In this document: positions 14,157 to 26,163 of the stretch, piece by piece | How positions within the stretch are numbered: position 1 is the first letter of the stretch | Layout of the letters: every line of letters starts with the position of its first letter | Assembly (NCBI RefSeq): GCF_006345805.1 | Contig: NC_043012.1 | Location: 43,710,001 to 43,774,000, forward strand | Reading direction: 5' to 3' | From: Octopus sinensis | Lineage: Eukaryota | DNA: 64,000 bases | Translations under genes and position numbers: made by a program | Notes under the pieces: model-generated | Database searches by the model: none | What the model saw: only the letters and a program-made list of their open reading frames with translations | What the model was told of the DNA's origin: nothing

Positions 14157-15757
14157 GGCAGTAATAATTTTCGAGTGCTTTTCGTCTGAATTTTATATTC
14201 AATAAATATGTGTGCACAGATATATATATACAATCATACATAGATACACACACGTACACACGCCTTTACACTTATCATCTTGTGATTTCTCTCGCAGTTC
14301 AGTGAGAGATTTTCTGTTTCCACGCCTTTCAAAATATGAATACTGACAATAGAAAAGTCTGACGCTTTGGTATCAAACATTTTACTAAATATTTAACAAA
14401 ACGGCAAATAAAAGACATTGAAATCGGGCGGGAAATGTTGCCTGTATCTAAAATATTGATTTAACTGGCTTGAATAGATATCAAAGCATTTTCAATAACT
14501 TATAGCATCAACTGGGGCAATTGAATCATCTGTAATATATGTTACAGTTATGTATTTTATTGACTTTCTACTGACAAGAAAGAAAAATATAGTCAATTCG
14601 ATTGATTTGAACTCCGAAACGGAATAATCGAACCCTATATTTTTGCCTTTTATTTCCCATTTATATTCAACTTCGGCGTCGCTATCGAACGTATATTTAA
14701 AACATGGAACTCATTTTAATGCACAAACCCATTTTGTTTGAATAGTAAACTGGTGAAACCAATATGTTACTGATACATATTTTTGAATCGATACCTTCAT
14801 ATATATACCGGATTTACAGGTTCCTTTGACTCGGTAAAAATCACTAATAGTTAGTCTATTAGTCGGTACTAGTATAGTAAGTGGTGCTTTTGTAGTTGAT
14901 CTTTTTTTTTTTTTTTTTGCTTCTTGTCAGCCCAAATCGATTCCACTGATCAAAATCATTTCAGCCATAAACATCCTGTCTTCATGCTGATACTATACAC
15001 CTTATACCACATTATCTAATACGTCCTTCCTTTTGAAACTCTGTAAAGTTTAATTTAATGGATCTGTGATTTGGGGAAGATTTGGCCGCTATTTCTTGCA
15101 TGTCGAGGCCACCACGTATAGACTCCCATACTGGTTCTTTTAAGTGTTTACATTAATTTAATGATGCTGGTAGTAGTGGTGTAAGTGGTGTTATTAATGG
15201 CGTGTTGGTGATGGTAGTGGTTGTGGAGGTGGTAGTAGTACCGGTAATATTAACGTTGACGTAGTGACGCTCATGTTGCCAGTGTCGACGTTGGTATGGT
15301 TGTAGTGCGGTGGTATTAATGTCGCTAGCATTAATACTATGATACTACTGTTAATATTAGAGGTATTAGAACTGTTTTTATGGGGGTATTAATAACGCTG
15401 TTGTTGTAGTGGTGATGGTGGTGGTGACGGTGATGACGGCGGCTGCTGTTATTTTATGTGATGTCACTACAATAATATTTTATAAAGTAGGTTAACATGA
15501 TAGAAGACTGAATTTTAATAATGTGTTTGTGTACACGCGTGTGTGAAAAAGCAAGTGTGTTTGTATGTAAATTCATGTGTGCGTAAGAGAGAAAGAAAGA
15601 ATGAGGGGGATAAATAGATAGAGAGATGTCGCTAGAGGCAAAGACAGAGAGAAAAAAGATGATTGCATGCATTACATCTCTGAAAGTTTTGGTACCAATC
15701 ATTGCGCTATTGTCTCTACTCCATGCAATTATAATATCGGGGTTGCTTTCGTTCTTG

Positions 15758-15765
15758 TGATGATT

Positions 15766-15797
<32 letters not shown>

Positions 15798-15841
15798 AAT
15801 GATGATGATGATGATGATGAAGATGATGATGGTGATGATGT
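15758..15841. repeat. (ATG)n trinucleotide repeat
   Basis: Seen directly; explains the poly-Met ORF. Confidence 0.95.
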
Positions 15842-16013
15842 CGTTGCTGAATATTCCTGGTTATTTCTGTTTCATCTTACTCGGATAGACATATAAAAAA
15901 ATTAGGCAATTCAAGTGAATGTACATTTACAACTGTACTTATTAACCCACTAGAACTACTGATACCTAAATGCACATTACCATTTTACTTTGTTCCACCA
16001 GTAACTGCTAGAA

Positions 16014-16018
<5 letters not shown>

Positions 16019-16087
<69 letters not shown>

Positions 16088-16154
16088 TATACATACATAC
16101 ATATATATATACATATACATATATATATACATATATATTGATATACATATACAT

Positions 16155-16185
<31 letters not shown>

Positions 16186-16245
16186 CACATACATACATAT
16201 ATGCCACGCGCGCGCGCACACACACACGTATACACATATATATAA
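16019..16245. repeat. (AT)n/(TACA)n microsatellite
   Basis: Seen directly. Confidence 0.95.
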
Positions 16246-16328
16246 GAGAATTTGTTTTGGAGTATGAAAATGCATCTGAATCTCAAAACGAATAGTAGTT
16301 TTTAAATTTTGTAATAGATTTAATCAAA

Positions 16329-16368
16329 TACCAAACCGGTTTCGACAATGTTTTGCTCATCAATGGTA
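16329..16368 (-). ncRNA. Minimal hammerhead ribozyme with C3>U core change, next to tandem partial copies (to ~16450)
   Basis: Minus strand: TACCA-TTGATGA-G-CAA aaca TTG-TC-GAAA-CCGG-T-T-TGGTA. 5-bp stem I, palindromic ACCGGT. The unit TGTTTTGCT(C/T)ATCAATGGTAAAA recurs imperfectly at 16349-16450. Confidence 0.65.
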
Positions 16369-16859
16369 AAATGTTTTTGCTTATCAATGGTAAAAAGGTT
16401 TTGCTTATCAATTTTTTTACTTATCAATGTTTTGCTTATCAATGGTAAAAATAAAAAATAAAAGGTTTATAAGAGTTTAATGCTTCGGTAAAACGTTTAA
16501 ACGATCAAATGTTAAAATGTTCAGAGAAAGTTTAATGAGTTTCACAAGGATAGATAGTAATATAATGCAAATTTTCGGCGAAGATCATAACAAATATTAT
16601 TGAAAGGTCAGTCATATTGAGATTTTATTTTTAAAAAAGGTAGGGTAAGAAAAGACAGAGAGAAATAAGAATGCTTACTTTACAATTTCTGTTGTGGTGC
16701 GAGCAGGAGTCTTTGATTTTTCACAATTTTTGTCGAAGTGCACGGGTTTCTTCACCTTCATAGCTTGTTAGAGTTAGTGCCTTCACATGTTATTCAGGAA
16801 AAAATGGCATTTTAAAGCTAGCCATTCTATGGTAAACTCTTTAGTAATTGGCAGCCAAA

Positions 16860-17130
16860 TTCCGTATATATATGAAAAGACTATATACATACATATAGAT
16901 TGGCATATTTCGGCCATATTATGCGGAGAGAATCCCTGGAGAAAGACATCATGGTCTTACGTCCGTCTCGTGTATAGTTCTGTAAATTATATTTTGCTAT
17001 GACGATCACACTGAAGAATTGCGGACATCTACGTAAGTGATTACGTAAGTGGTAAAAACGAAATTGGTTCGGGATTAATCTGTAAATTTTGTATCTTTTC
17101 ATTTGTCTTGATCGCTTACGTTCTGGCGTT
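16860..17130 (+). mobile_element. Putative Penelope-like 3' end (GIY-YIG tail plus decayed hammerhead)
   Basis: Plus frame RRESLEKDIMVLRPS resembles the GIY-YIG C-terminal E..I..L.P motif. It is followed by CTGAAGA (17011)...GAAATTGGTT with a weak stem I. Confidence 0.4.
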
Positions 17131-17970
17131 TGCTAAATTTTGTTGAAAACATTCCTTTCTTAGTGATAAGACCATAGGGGGTCGACTTCTAGCATAATGG
17201 ATGTCCACTTAGTGGTCATCCGTCTTATATATATATATATAAACCAGCTTAGAGAAGAAGAAGAAACGAAACGAAGCTAAACGAATCGAATCGACGCGAG
17301 GGCGCTCAGTCATACAATAGTGTAATAAATAAAATATATGCATACATACAAACATATATGTACGTACCTACTACATCTACATGTATATGTACATGCATAT
17401 ATAAATATATATACGTGTGTACAGGACACCACAAATAGACGTAGAACTCAACGAGATACGAAAAAGTAAAAACAGCGTTGAACGGACCATTTTTTTTAAC
17501 AACGAATAAACAGAGTACAAGACAACTACACAAGGAAAAATCCCCTTCATCAGCTGTCCCTAGTTCAACTCCAGCGTGTCTCGAATGTGAGGACAGAACG
17601 CGTCTCTTCGAACTAGTCCTTCCTGCGAAAGAATTAAATAAAATTCCTTTGCAGAGGGGTAAAGACAAGGAAAAAATGTGACAAAAACAGGACGTAAAAA
17701 CAATACAATTAAAAACAAATACAAAATAAAAATACAATTACAAAAAATACAGTACAAGAAGGAATAGAAACAGGACAGGAAAGCAAATAATGAGGGCCTA
17801 TAAGCCTAGACGAGGAAAACATTTTTTCACGAGCGCAGGAAGAAACATGTTTACTTGAAGGAGGCCGCCATATGTATATATACCGGAGTAAACACATAAA
17901 TGTGAAACAAGGTGGAAAAAAGAGTACTCAAATACCAGAGGTATGTAATATGCTTTTGCTTTTAAATAAA

Positions 17971-18121
<151 letters not shown>

Positions 18122-18127
18122 TGTATA

Positions 18128-18325
18128 TTTGCCCTTAAATAATGCGGGTTTTTTAAAAATTGCATGAACTAAAAGTCGAAGGCGGACGGAAAACTACATG
18201 CATCAACTTGCTATAGAAGCAGATAGTAATTTTATTGTGTACTTATTCGTAGTGCATGTTTTGAAGAGTGCAGTTCAATTTTAACAATTATTTTTTTAAA
18301 GCTATAAAGAAAGTGACAAAGAAGC
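18128..18325 (+). mobile_element. 5' end remnant of a mariner element
   Basis: Ends AAAGCTATAAAGAAAGTGACAAAGAAGCAT, resembling the start region (MEVSKEH) of the mariner piece at 19372-19748. Confidence 0.45.
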
Positions 18326-18385
18326 ATATATATATATATAAACTAAGAAATGGGGTTAAACGCAGGTGTTATTCAAATTTTTATA

Positions 18386-18473
18386 CTTCCGACATATGTT
18401 TCGAAGAAAACATTGGTATTATTCCTGAGGGAATAAAATGATGTAAAACAATGTAATCATCTCGTCAGGGAAA
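18386..18473 (-). ncRNA. Type-I hammerhead ribozyme with long stem-loop II
   Basis: Minus strand: TTTCC-CTGACGA-G...~55 nt...C-GAAA-CATATG-T-C-GGAAG. Palindromic ACATATGT, GUC cleavage triplet, stem I TTTCC/GGAAG. Confidence 0.75.
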
Positions 18474-18772
18474 AAAGATAAACAAAACACATCAATAAGC
18501 CATTTAAACCGAATGTGATTACCGCGTATATGATGAAGGAAATGCTGACAAATTATTTTTTTTTTAAACTGTGAATAGATTTAACGTAAAAGGCAAGTTA
18601 GAGAAAGAGAAGGAGGAGAATGAAAGAAATTAATGAAGAGTAGAGAAATATAGTGCGATAGATGAGTGGAAATAAAGCTTAAAGGCATGTAAAAAGTTAT
18701 ATGTAGTGAAAATGAAATGTAAGAAGACAGTCAAACGTCAAATTTTATAGATTGGTAGAAACTACTTATAGG

Positions 18773-18921
18773 AACTAAAGGTATGTACTCCTCCAGTACT
18801 GTTCTGACCTCGTCTTCAGAATCCATATTTTTTCCGTTCAAATGATTTTGAAGACAGCGGAATAAATGATAATGAGATGGGGCACTGTCCGGTGAATGTA
18901 ATGAGTGGGGCATCGTTTCCC
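18773..18921 (-). mobile_element. mariner transposase C-terminal fragment
   Basis: PHSLHSPDSAPSHYHLFRCLQNHLNGK matches the HPPYSPDLAPSDYHLF motif. Confidence 0.85.
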
Positions 18922-19068
18922 ATGAGATATAATGGTGTCAATAAGACCCAAAGTTGTCAGAAAATACTGAGTATGTGCTATGGACAGACTATAGTTAAGC
19001 TCCAGGTTTGGTGATTATGCGAATGAGGAGTCCAACGTAGGTCATGTATCAGCATGTGTATATATAAA

Positions 19069-19152
19069 AAATTTTCAGAATGAGATAAAAATCCAAGGCT
19101 GTGAAAGATTTTAGAATCTTTCACAGCCTTGGATTTTTATCTCATTCTGAAA

Positions 19153-19156
<4 letters not shown>
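19069..19156. repeat. Perfect inverted repeat, 42-bp arms with 4-nt spacer
   Basis: AAATTTTCAGAATGAGATAAAAATCCAAGGCTGTGAAAGATT-TTAG-exact reverse complement. Confidence 0.95.
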
Positions 19157-19188
<32 letters not shown>

Positions 19189-19334
19189 CAACAGAGCTTT
19201 TACGTGTTATCTTTTACAATCTTTTTCTAAAAAAGTGAAACCGGTCAAGTGAATAAACATCTTTTAAAATTGCATTTTCAAACCTTCTTTCATATATAAT
19301 TCCACTCGTGCGGTACCTTACAACTTCACATTGT

Positions 19335-19371
<37 letters not shown>

Positions 19372-19373
<2 letters not shown>

Positions 19374-19748
19374 ATCAAAATCGGACGTCCTGTATGGGCC
19401 TCACCTTTAAGGTTGAAATCTTTACCTTTCAATTTTACAAACCCTCTTCTGCAAATTCTTTTATTCAGGCACTCTTCTCCATAAGCTGAGTGGATATTTC
19501 TAGTCGCAGAGTTCCCTTTTTTAAACTCATAAAGGATTATGTGACTCAAATGCTCCTTAGACACTTCCATGTTTGAAGAGCTATAATTAGTGAAATTCCA
19601 ATTAGATTATCCTGGAAAATGACATTTAATTAGCTGAAATATGTGCAGATACATATTTACTTGATGCCATTAGACATTCCAAAATACTGTTAAAGCGTTT
19701 ACAAATTGAAACTATAGAAATCTTGGATTTTTTTATGAAATGACCTGG
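19372..19748 (-). mobile_element. mariner 5' TIR and transposase N-terminus
   Basis: MEVSKEHLSHIILYEFKKGNSATRNIHSAYGEECL...GRP is a mariner HTH region; TIR-like end TTTTATGAAATGACCTGG-TA. Confidence 0.85.
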
Positions 19749-19809
<61 letters not shown>

Positions 19810-19810
19810 C

Positions 19811-19953
19811 ATGCTTCTTTCGGTTTACTTCTACCAAATCCACTCGCAAGGCTTTGGGCGGCCCGAGGCTATAATAGAAGACACTTGTTCAAGACTGAAC
19901 CCAGCACCATGTGGTTGGAAAACAAGCTTCCTTCACACAGCCACGTCTGAGCC
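19811..19953 (-). mobile_element. SINE family A, 5' half (internally deleted)
   Basis: CTACCAAATCCACTCGCAAGGC...CACACAGCCAC matches the family A head and body. Confidence 0.75.
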
Positions 19954-21044
19954 TATTTATATATATAAACATATATATGCATGTATATATGAATGCTTAT
20001 ATGCATATACATATAAGTGTGTGTAAATGTATGTTTGTATAACAATAACAAAGTGAAATACAGCCAACATATTTCAAGCCTTTGACAAACAAGTTGGTTA
20101 CAAGCTTCATTCACCGCTAAACTAAATGATGCTAATTCAGAATTACTAAACCGAAGATATTATCTGAACTGAAGAATTGCAGAACTAGTATAGCTATTCC
20201 CATTTATTTTTACGTTTCATTTGTAGTAAATTTTCCGAATTCTAAAAATATTATTTATCTGGGGATATTTTAAACCTATTACTTGTCATACATATCCAAA
20301 TTCTCCATATTGAACAAATAATCTTCCCTAGCCACTGGCTGTCATTTTGCTCTGACTCTTCCTAAAATTTTATTGAGTGTGCAATTACAGATCGAAAAGC
20401 ATATAGAATGCCTGAAATATAGAAATTTGAATATAGTTTTTCATGTTGAGAGAGTAGTATAGACATGTTGCTTTGATATCTATCGGACAAGTCGTTATTT
20501 CCCTAAAAACTGGTTTTGACCGGTAAATACACAGCCAAATAAACCAACACCATAAGTCGGTATTCTATGTGAGCCTTCCCATGTTATATAATATACATCC
20601 GCGTGCATATGTATATTTTGATATTTGCGCACACATACACACTTGTATGTATATATAATCTATGCATGTATATATACATGCAGATGTCAAATAAATTATT
20701 GTCACAAGACTAACACAGTTTCCTTTGTAAAAGAATATCTACGAAAATAGTAGGATGGTCAACGTTTCTGATTTGTATTTCTTTGTAGTCAGATAGAGTT
20801 TGGTTGCGAAGGAGTGGTTCAAGAAAATTCTAGGCTTTGCAGTTAATGCAAGGAAGGAAGGCATCGAAACTGGTCGAGGGCAAAGAAAGAAGAGAGAGGA
20901 TGCTTGAAATCACTCAGTGAATGTTTTTCACTCGCGGCTATTTTTCTCTCAGGACAGGAGGATGATTAGATATCAGTAGAATTTAAATCATAATGAAGAA
21001 ATATACTTACTTATATGGAGACATATAAATATGTTTAGTTTAAA

Positions 21045-21350
<306 letters not shown>

Positions 21351-21351
21351 T

Positions 21352-21760
21352 CCACCGGCGACGCTGCCGCTCGCTCACGAACGCGACGGGCGGACGGAGA
21401 ACGCCGAGCTAAGGCATGCGCCTTGAGGTTGAGACGCTTTTGGAGAACAACTCGGGTCCGGCGACGGTTCCGGCTTAGAGGCGTTCAGCCGTTATCGCTC
21501 AGAAGCAGCCTAGCACCACCGCTCTATCGAGCGAGCGCGCAAACCGTTGCTCTGATCCTGCGGTTCCTCTCATACTGGACGGGATAGCCATAGCCGAGTT
21601 GACGTTGCCGGCGTCCGCCTAAGATCGGCAGAAACGTCGGCGGCGGCGACGGATAACGCGCGAGTGCGCCGATGCCACCGCACACCGAACCCCCTACGCG
21701 ACTCGGGGCACCGCGTATGCCCGATGCATCGGTAGGATAAAACTAACCTGTCTCACGACG
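21352..21760 (-). pseudogene. 28S: 28S rRNA 3'-region fragment (includes the sarcin-ricin loop), dispersed pseudogene
   Basis: Minus strand contains CGTCGTGAGACAGGTTAGTTTTATCCTAC, CCAGTATGAGAGGAACCGCAGG (SRL with a C>T change) and GGCTGAACGCCTCTAAG in the eukaryotic LSU order, separated by GC-rich expansion sequence. It forms a GC island in AT-rich DNA. Confidence 0.9.
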
Positions 21761-21853
21761 TAGTGGTTAAGTGCGCGGGTTACTAACCCCAAGATTCTGA
21801 GTTCGATTCCAGGCAGTGACCTGAATAATAATAATGATAATAATAATAATAAC

Positions 21854-21893
<40 letters not shown>

Positions 21894-22110
21894 TAATAAT
21901 AATAATAATAATAATAATATAATAATAATAATAATAATAATAGGAATGAGAACCCAGGTTCGAAATTTCCCCAAGATACCTGATGAAGGCTGGATGGTAT
22001 ATCAGCCGAAACGTTGTGTTACCAACAAACAAGATGAGGACAAATACCCGTCAAATGTAAATAATGTAAATAATGTACGTAATTCCTCATCTCTTAAATA
22101 TAGAACTGTA
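21757..22110 (+). mobile_element. tRNA-head + (AAT)n + hammerhead element, right copy
   Basis: A-box-like GTAGTGGTTAAG, B-box GAGTTCGATTCC, (AAT)n at 21824-21941, then hammerhead GATAC-CTGATGA-A-GGCTG gatggtatat CAGCC-GAAA-CGT-T-GTGTT (21975-22020). The tail is shared with 39706-39836. Confidence 0.85.
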
Positions 22111-22239
22111 TCACCATATCGCTGATTTCAAAAGACATCTTTACCACAGTAATTCTTATTCATTCGTTATGTTCTCTGCATATTTTCAATATTAATTATG
22201 CATTTTGAAATCGATTAAGCACGCATGCACGCACACACA

Positions 22240-22303
<64 letters not shown>

Positions 22304-22614
22304 TATTAGTTCCCCTCTGTATATCTGTACATAAATATACATGTGTGTGTGTGTGTGCTCGCGTGTGTGACTGTGTGTGTTTGTCTGTGCGTGTGAGTGT
22401 CTGTATGTATATAACTGTCTGTCTATCTATCTATTTATCTATCTATCTATAAATAATATTTAATCAGCTTAAAAATTATAAAATTATTATTTATAGAATT
22501 GTAAAAATCGACGCTGCTTACCAAAATCCATCAAAGAAAAACACATGAAGTTTGTTTACGAAAGACAACGCTATGAACTAATTATAGTTCTTAAATCTGA
22601 CGGAAAGCTGTGAG

Positions 22615-22700
22615 GTTGTACGTTGGTGTAATGGTAACACACTTGTTGCGAAAATGAAGAGCTGTAGGTTCGCGTCGTTCCACCCTTACGAGAACCGTAC
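22615..22700 (+). mobile_element. Decayed tRNA-like (SINE) head
   Basis: TTGGTGTAATGGTAACAC (A-box-like)...GTAGGTTCGCGTC (B-box-like), with a short (ATT)n ~70 bp downstream; no complete cloverleaf. Confidence 0.45.
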
Positions 22701-22900
22701 ATTTCCCCGTGTTCCAATAGACTATTTTCTTTAGTTATTGCTCAGTGTTCACTTATAAGCTCATAAAAGATTATTATTATTATTATTTGCAGAATTGTAA
22801 GAATCGACGCTGCTTAACAAACCTGGCAGGACGAGGATCTCAGGTCGTTTAGAATATTTAATTAGAGTAAGATGAATCAGAAAAGGAGAAATAGAAGTAA

Positions 22901-22978
22901 TGTCTTACAGGTGTTTCTAGGATATCCCAGCTAATGGATCAACACCCTCATACTCTGTGTATTCCGTCATCAGAGACA
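22901..22978 (-). ncRNA. Type-I hammerhead ribozyme
   Basis: Minus strand: TGTCT-CTGATGA-CGGAATA...TATCCTA-GAAA-CACCTG-T-A-AGACA. Perfect 5-bp stem I, GUA triplet, near-palindromic ACACCTGT. Confidence 0.75.
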
Positions 22979-23589
22979 AGGTGTGTATGCAGGAAAGTTC
23001 CAGACAGAGAATTCACAGTGTATAAAAGAATAAAACAGTAGATTGAAAAATAAAGATAGAAGAATAAAATTCACAGTTCATCTTGTTCCAGAGGGTATGG
23101 AGGTTTGTCTATATTTCCGTGAAAGTATAGCCTCTTAAGTATAATCCCAAGTGAATCCAGGTGGTATTTTCAGTGATACGTTCAGATTGAATGAATAGAT
23201 CAAATAGTTACCTAAAACAGAATAAATAGGATAAAAACCAAAATATAAAAGATAAAATAAGAAAAAATAAGGTCTGCTTTCTAAACATTTTGTTGACAAT
23301 CCCGTTGTGTCCAAAAGAATAAGCCATATGGTGAAGAAATAGAGAGTACGATAAATAAATGAAAAACTAAACAAACAAATAAATTGAATGAAAGCTATGG
23401 AGAGAATTGAAGAAAAATAGGGTTTAAAGCTCGAGATGTTAAAGACAATGTATATATATATTAGTAGAGGTACGTAGGTGCATAGCAAAGCAGCCTAAAC
23501 CTTTCATGTACAGCTAATTTAGAATATCAACCATGTCTTTCTAAGATCAACCATTACGGCACCAACAAACAGATAGTCAGACAAACAGA

Positions 23590-23622
<33 letters not shown>

Positions 23623-24715
23623 GCACGCACACCTCATATGAATATTTCCAGACACATTCATACACATACAATCACATACATACGCTCAAACACACACATA
23701 CACACACACCAGTGTTTACACAAAATACCTATATTAAATAGTGATTTAATGTATACATCCAAAAACATAAAAATAAATAAATCTATTATGCTCAGAACAT
23801 AAATATATATGTATTTGAAGATAAATATATACATTTGTGTCTAGAATTATATTTGTTGCATTATGTCTACGCATCATTTTAATCGATGTCTGTAGGAGGA
23901 TGAGATAAGTTAGAAAAACGGTTTTGTTTTGTCCTCGAGTAATATTTCACGATATCTTGGTCGCCAAAGTACATTCGGAAGAATGTTCATACAAATTTTG
24001 TTTAAATAAACCTGGTAGTCTAGTTCTCAGAGCCATTTTTTAATGGAAGCCATATAAATTTAAATTATTTCAAGCCGGCATATTGTCAGATCGGTTTGTT
24101 AACATTAAGCTTCAAGCTGTCAAAGACAATTCGACGATCTTAAACGCAGCCAAATGTATTTGATTTTCCAATCTTCGTAGCCATCTATGGTGAGTTACAC
24201 ACAACAAACCAATTTTTTATTTATGGAAATGTATAAAATGTTACTTTTATTCTTGCTTTTCTTGACATAAATTCATTGTTTTGCATGAAATTATATGTAA
24301 TCAACTAAATCAATCATGGAATCTTATCGGTTTTAATTTTATTGAATGTGGAAAAATAAAAAGCAAACTCGACGTTTCTACACACATAAGAAGTTAGTTT
24401 GATATTAAAAATTCGGAAATCCGCTCCACAAATCTTTTTCGCATCTCACCTGACCCCATAAGAATAAAAGATGCCTTTACTTAATGCGAATTTATCTTTG
24501 TAGGAGTGAAATAATAGGATGTTGTATCGTTTATGCCACTATGAAATAAATCAGTGATTAAAAGGGAAACTAGGTTTTGATTAGAAAAAAAACCAGGTTG
24601 TAAGTTCAAAACCCCAAGGTCTTCTCTTGCACAGAGATGCTGCTTATAATTGTTTAGCTCCGGGTAAACTCTGATAAACCAAGCCTATGCTCAAAAGAAT
24701 ACGAACAGTGGCCTT

Positions 24716-24796
24716 TCTTTTCTTCTTCTTCTTCTTCTTCTTCTTCTTCTTCTTCTTCTTCTTCTTTTCTTCTTCTTCTTCTTCTTCTTCTTCTTC
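24716..24796. repeat. (TTC)n repeat
   Basis: Seen directly. Confidence 0.95.
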
Positions 24797-26163
24797 ACTT
24801 TTTTTTATGTGTCTAAAGATATTGTGTAGCATTTTGGTTAATCAATTAAAATGTTTCCATGTTTTGAACGAAAAGCAGAGGGAACAGCAACAGGATTTGA
24901 TTACAGAAATGTGAGTGATGGAATATTGTATAAATAATAAAGTTGAGGGTATAATGCATCAGGCCTATTACATCGTTGCATCATCGTTTACTGCAACTCC
25001 TCCTCCTCAAATGTTATACAGTGACCTCTTCGAATTAAATTCAAGGCTTCTGTTTCATTAAATACCTTTCATGAATTTCCATCATCATTAGCGAAATAGC
25101 TGCAGCAGGGAATTACAACTGAAATTAACTAATCTTCACTTTACAACACTCCTCACTGTCACAAAATCTTTGAGTGGGGAGAAGTTCAAAGCCAACGCGC
25201 TAACTCTACCTTCGGTCATTGGCAACTTCAAATGGAACCAGAGCAACTTGAATTATTTATTGATATCCTCTAACCAGCAGCTTACCTCAATTGCATGGCC
25301 ATCACCGCCTTTTAAGCATAATGAAAACAGTTTTGTGTTAGAAACTTACAACAGCTACCAGTGAGTGTGCATGGGTTGGTGTGGGGTGGGGTGCACACGT
25401 AATTGATAGAACAACACTCTTCTTATTCGCAAATCAAACAAAACAGTGCACTGGCGCACGCACGCACACACACACACCAACACACCTTCCTACACAATGA
25501 AACTAAAGCCGTCCCTTTCCCCCCAGTCATACATAAGGCTGACAGCTTCAAACCTCAGCTCGCCAATTCCTCTTTTGCTTATATGTCACGAGGAAATGTG
25601 TGGTTTCAGAAGTGGGTTAAGTCGTCTTTAGGGTCACATGACTTCCTGTTGACTTTGAAAGAATAAAAAAAAAGAGAAAAAAAGATTTTCATGGCAGACT
25701 ATCAAATGTTTTCCACATGGGACAACTGAAGTGAAAGCGGTGCCAGCAGCTAGTTAACTATAAGACTGAATTACACAGAATTCCTATAACTGTATTAGTT
25801 TATTTTATCACTATATAGCTGTAATTTATGTTGCTGTATAGCAATTTCCTTTTCTTCCTGTACCAATAGACTGTTATTGCATTATACCATTATAAATATT
25901 ACAACATTGATATCCAGTGTTGCTACACTGCTTATCGCAGTCTCACTGTATAAGACAATATACTACTGTTGACTTAGTAACGGTACTGACACAGGCAGAT
26001 TTAGTTGGGATATCTACTACGTGAAAACGATCGCATTATAAAACTTCATTACTTCCGCTCAACTACTCAACAACACTTTATACTACAGCATTGCACTAGA
26101 ACGGACCAACAAAGGAGTATGTTTGTGATCCTCAACCAGAAATACACGTCAAATCTCCCTTAA

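Noticed and set aside
17480-17620. Hammerhead at minus-strand CTGATGAAGGGG
   Set aside because: No correctly placed GAAA or closing stems found
19236-19256. GAAACCGGTC half-motif (similar at 20866)
   Set aside because: The CUGANGA half is missing; at most a hammerhead relic
21757-21822. Functional tRNA gene
   Set aside because: The 5' acceptor strand is replaced by rRNA sequence, there is no oligo-T terminator, and it continues into (AAT)n; this is a SINE-type head
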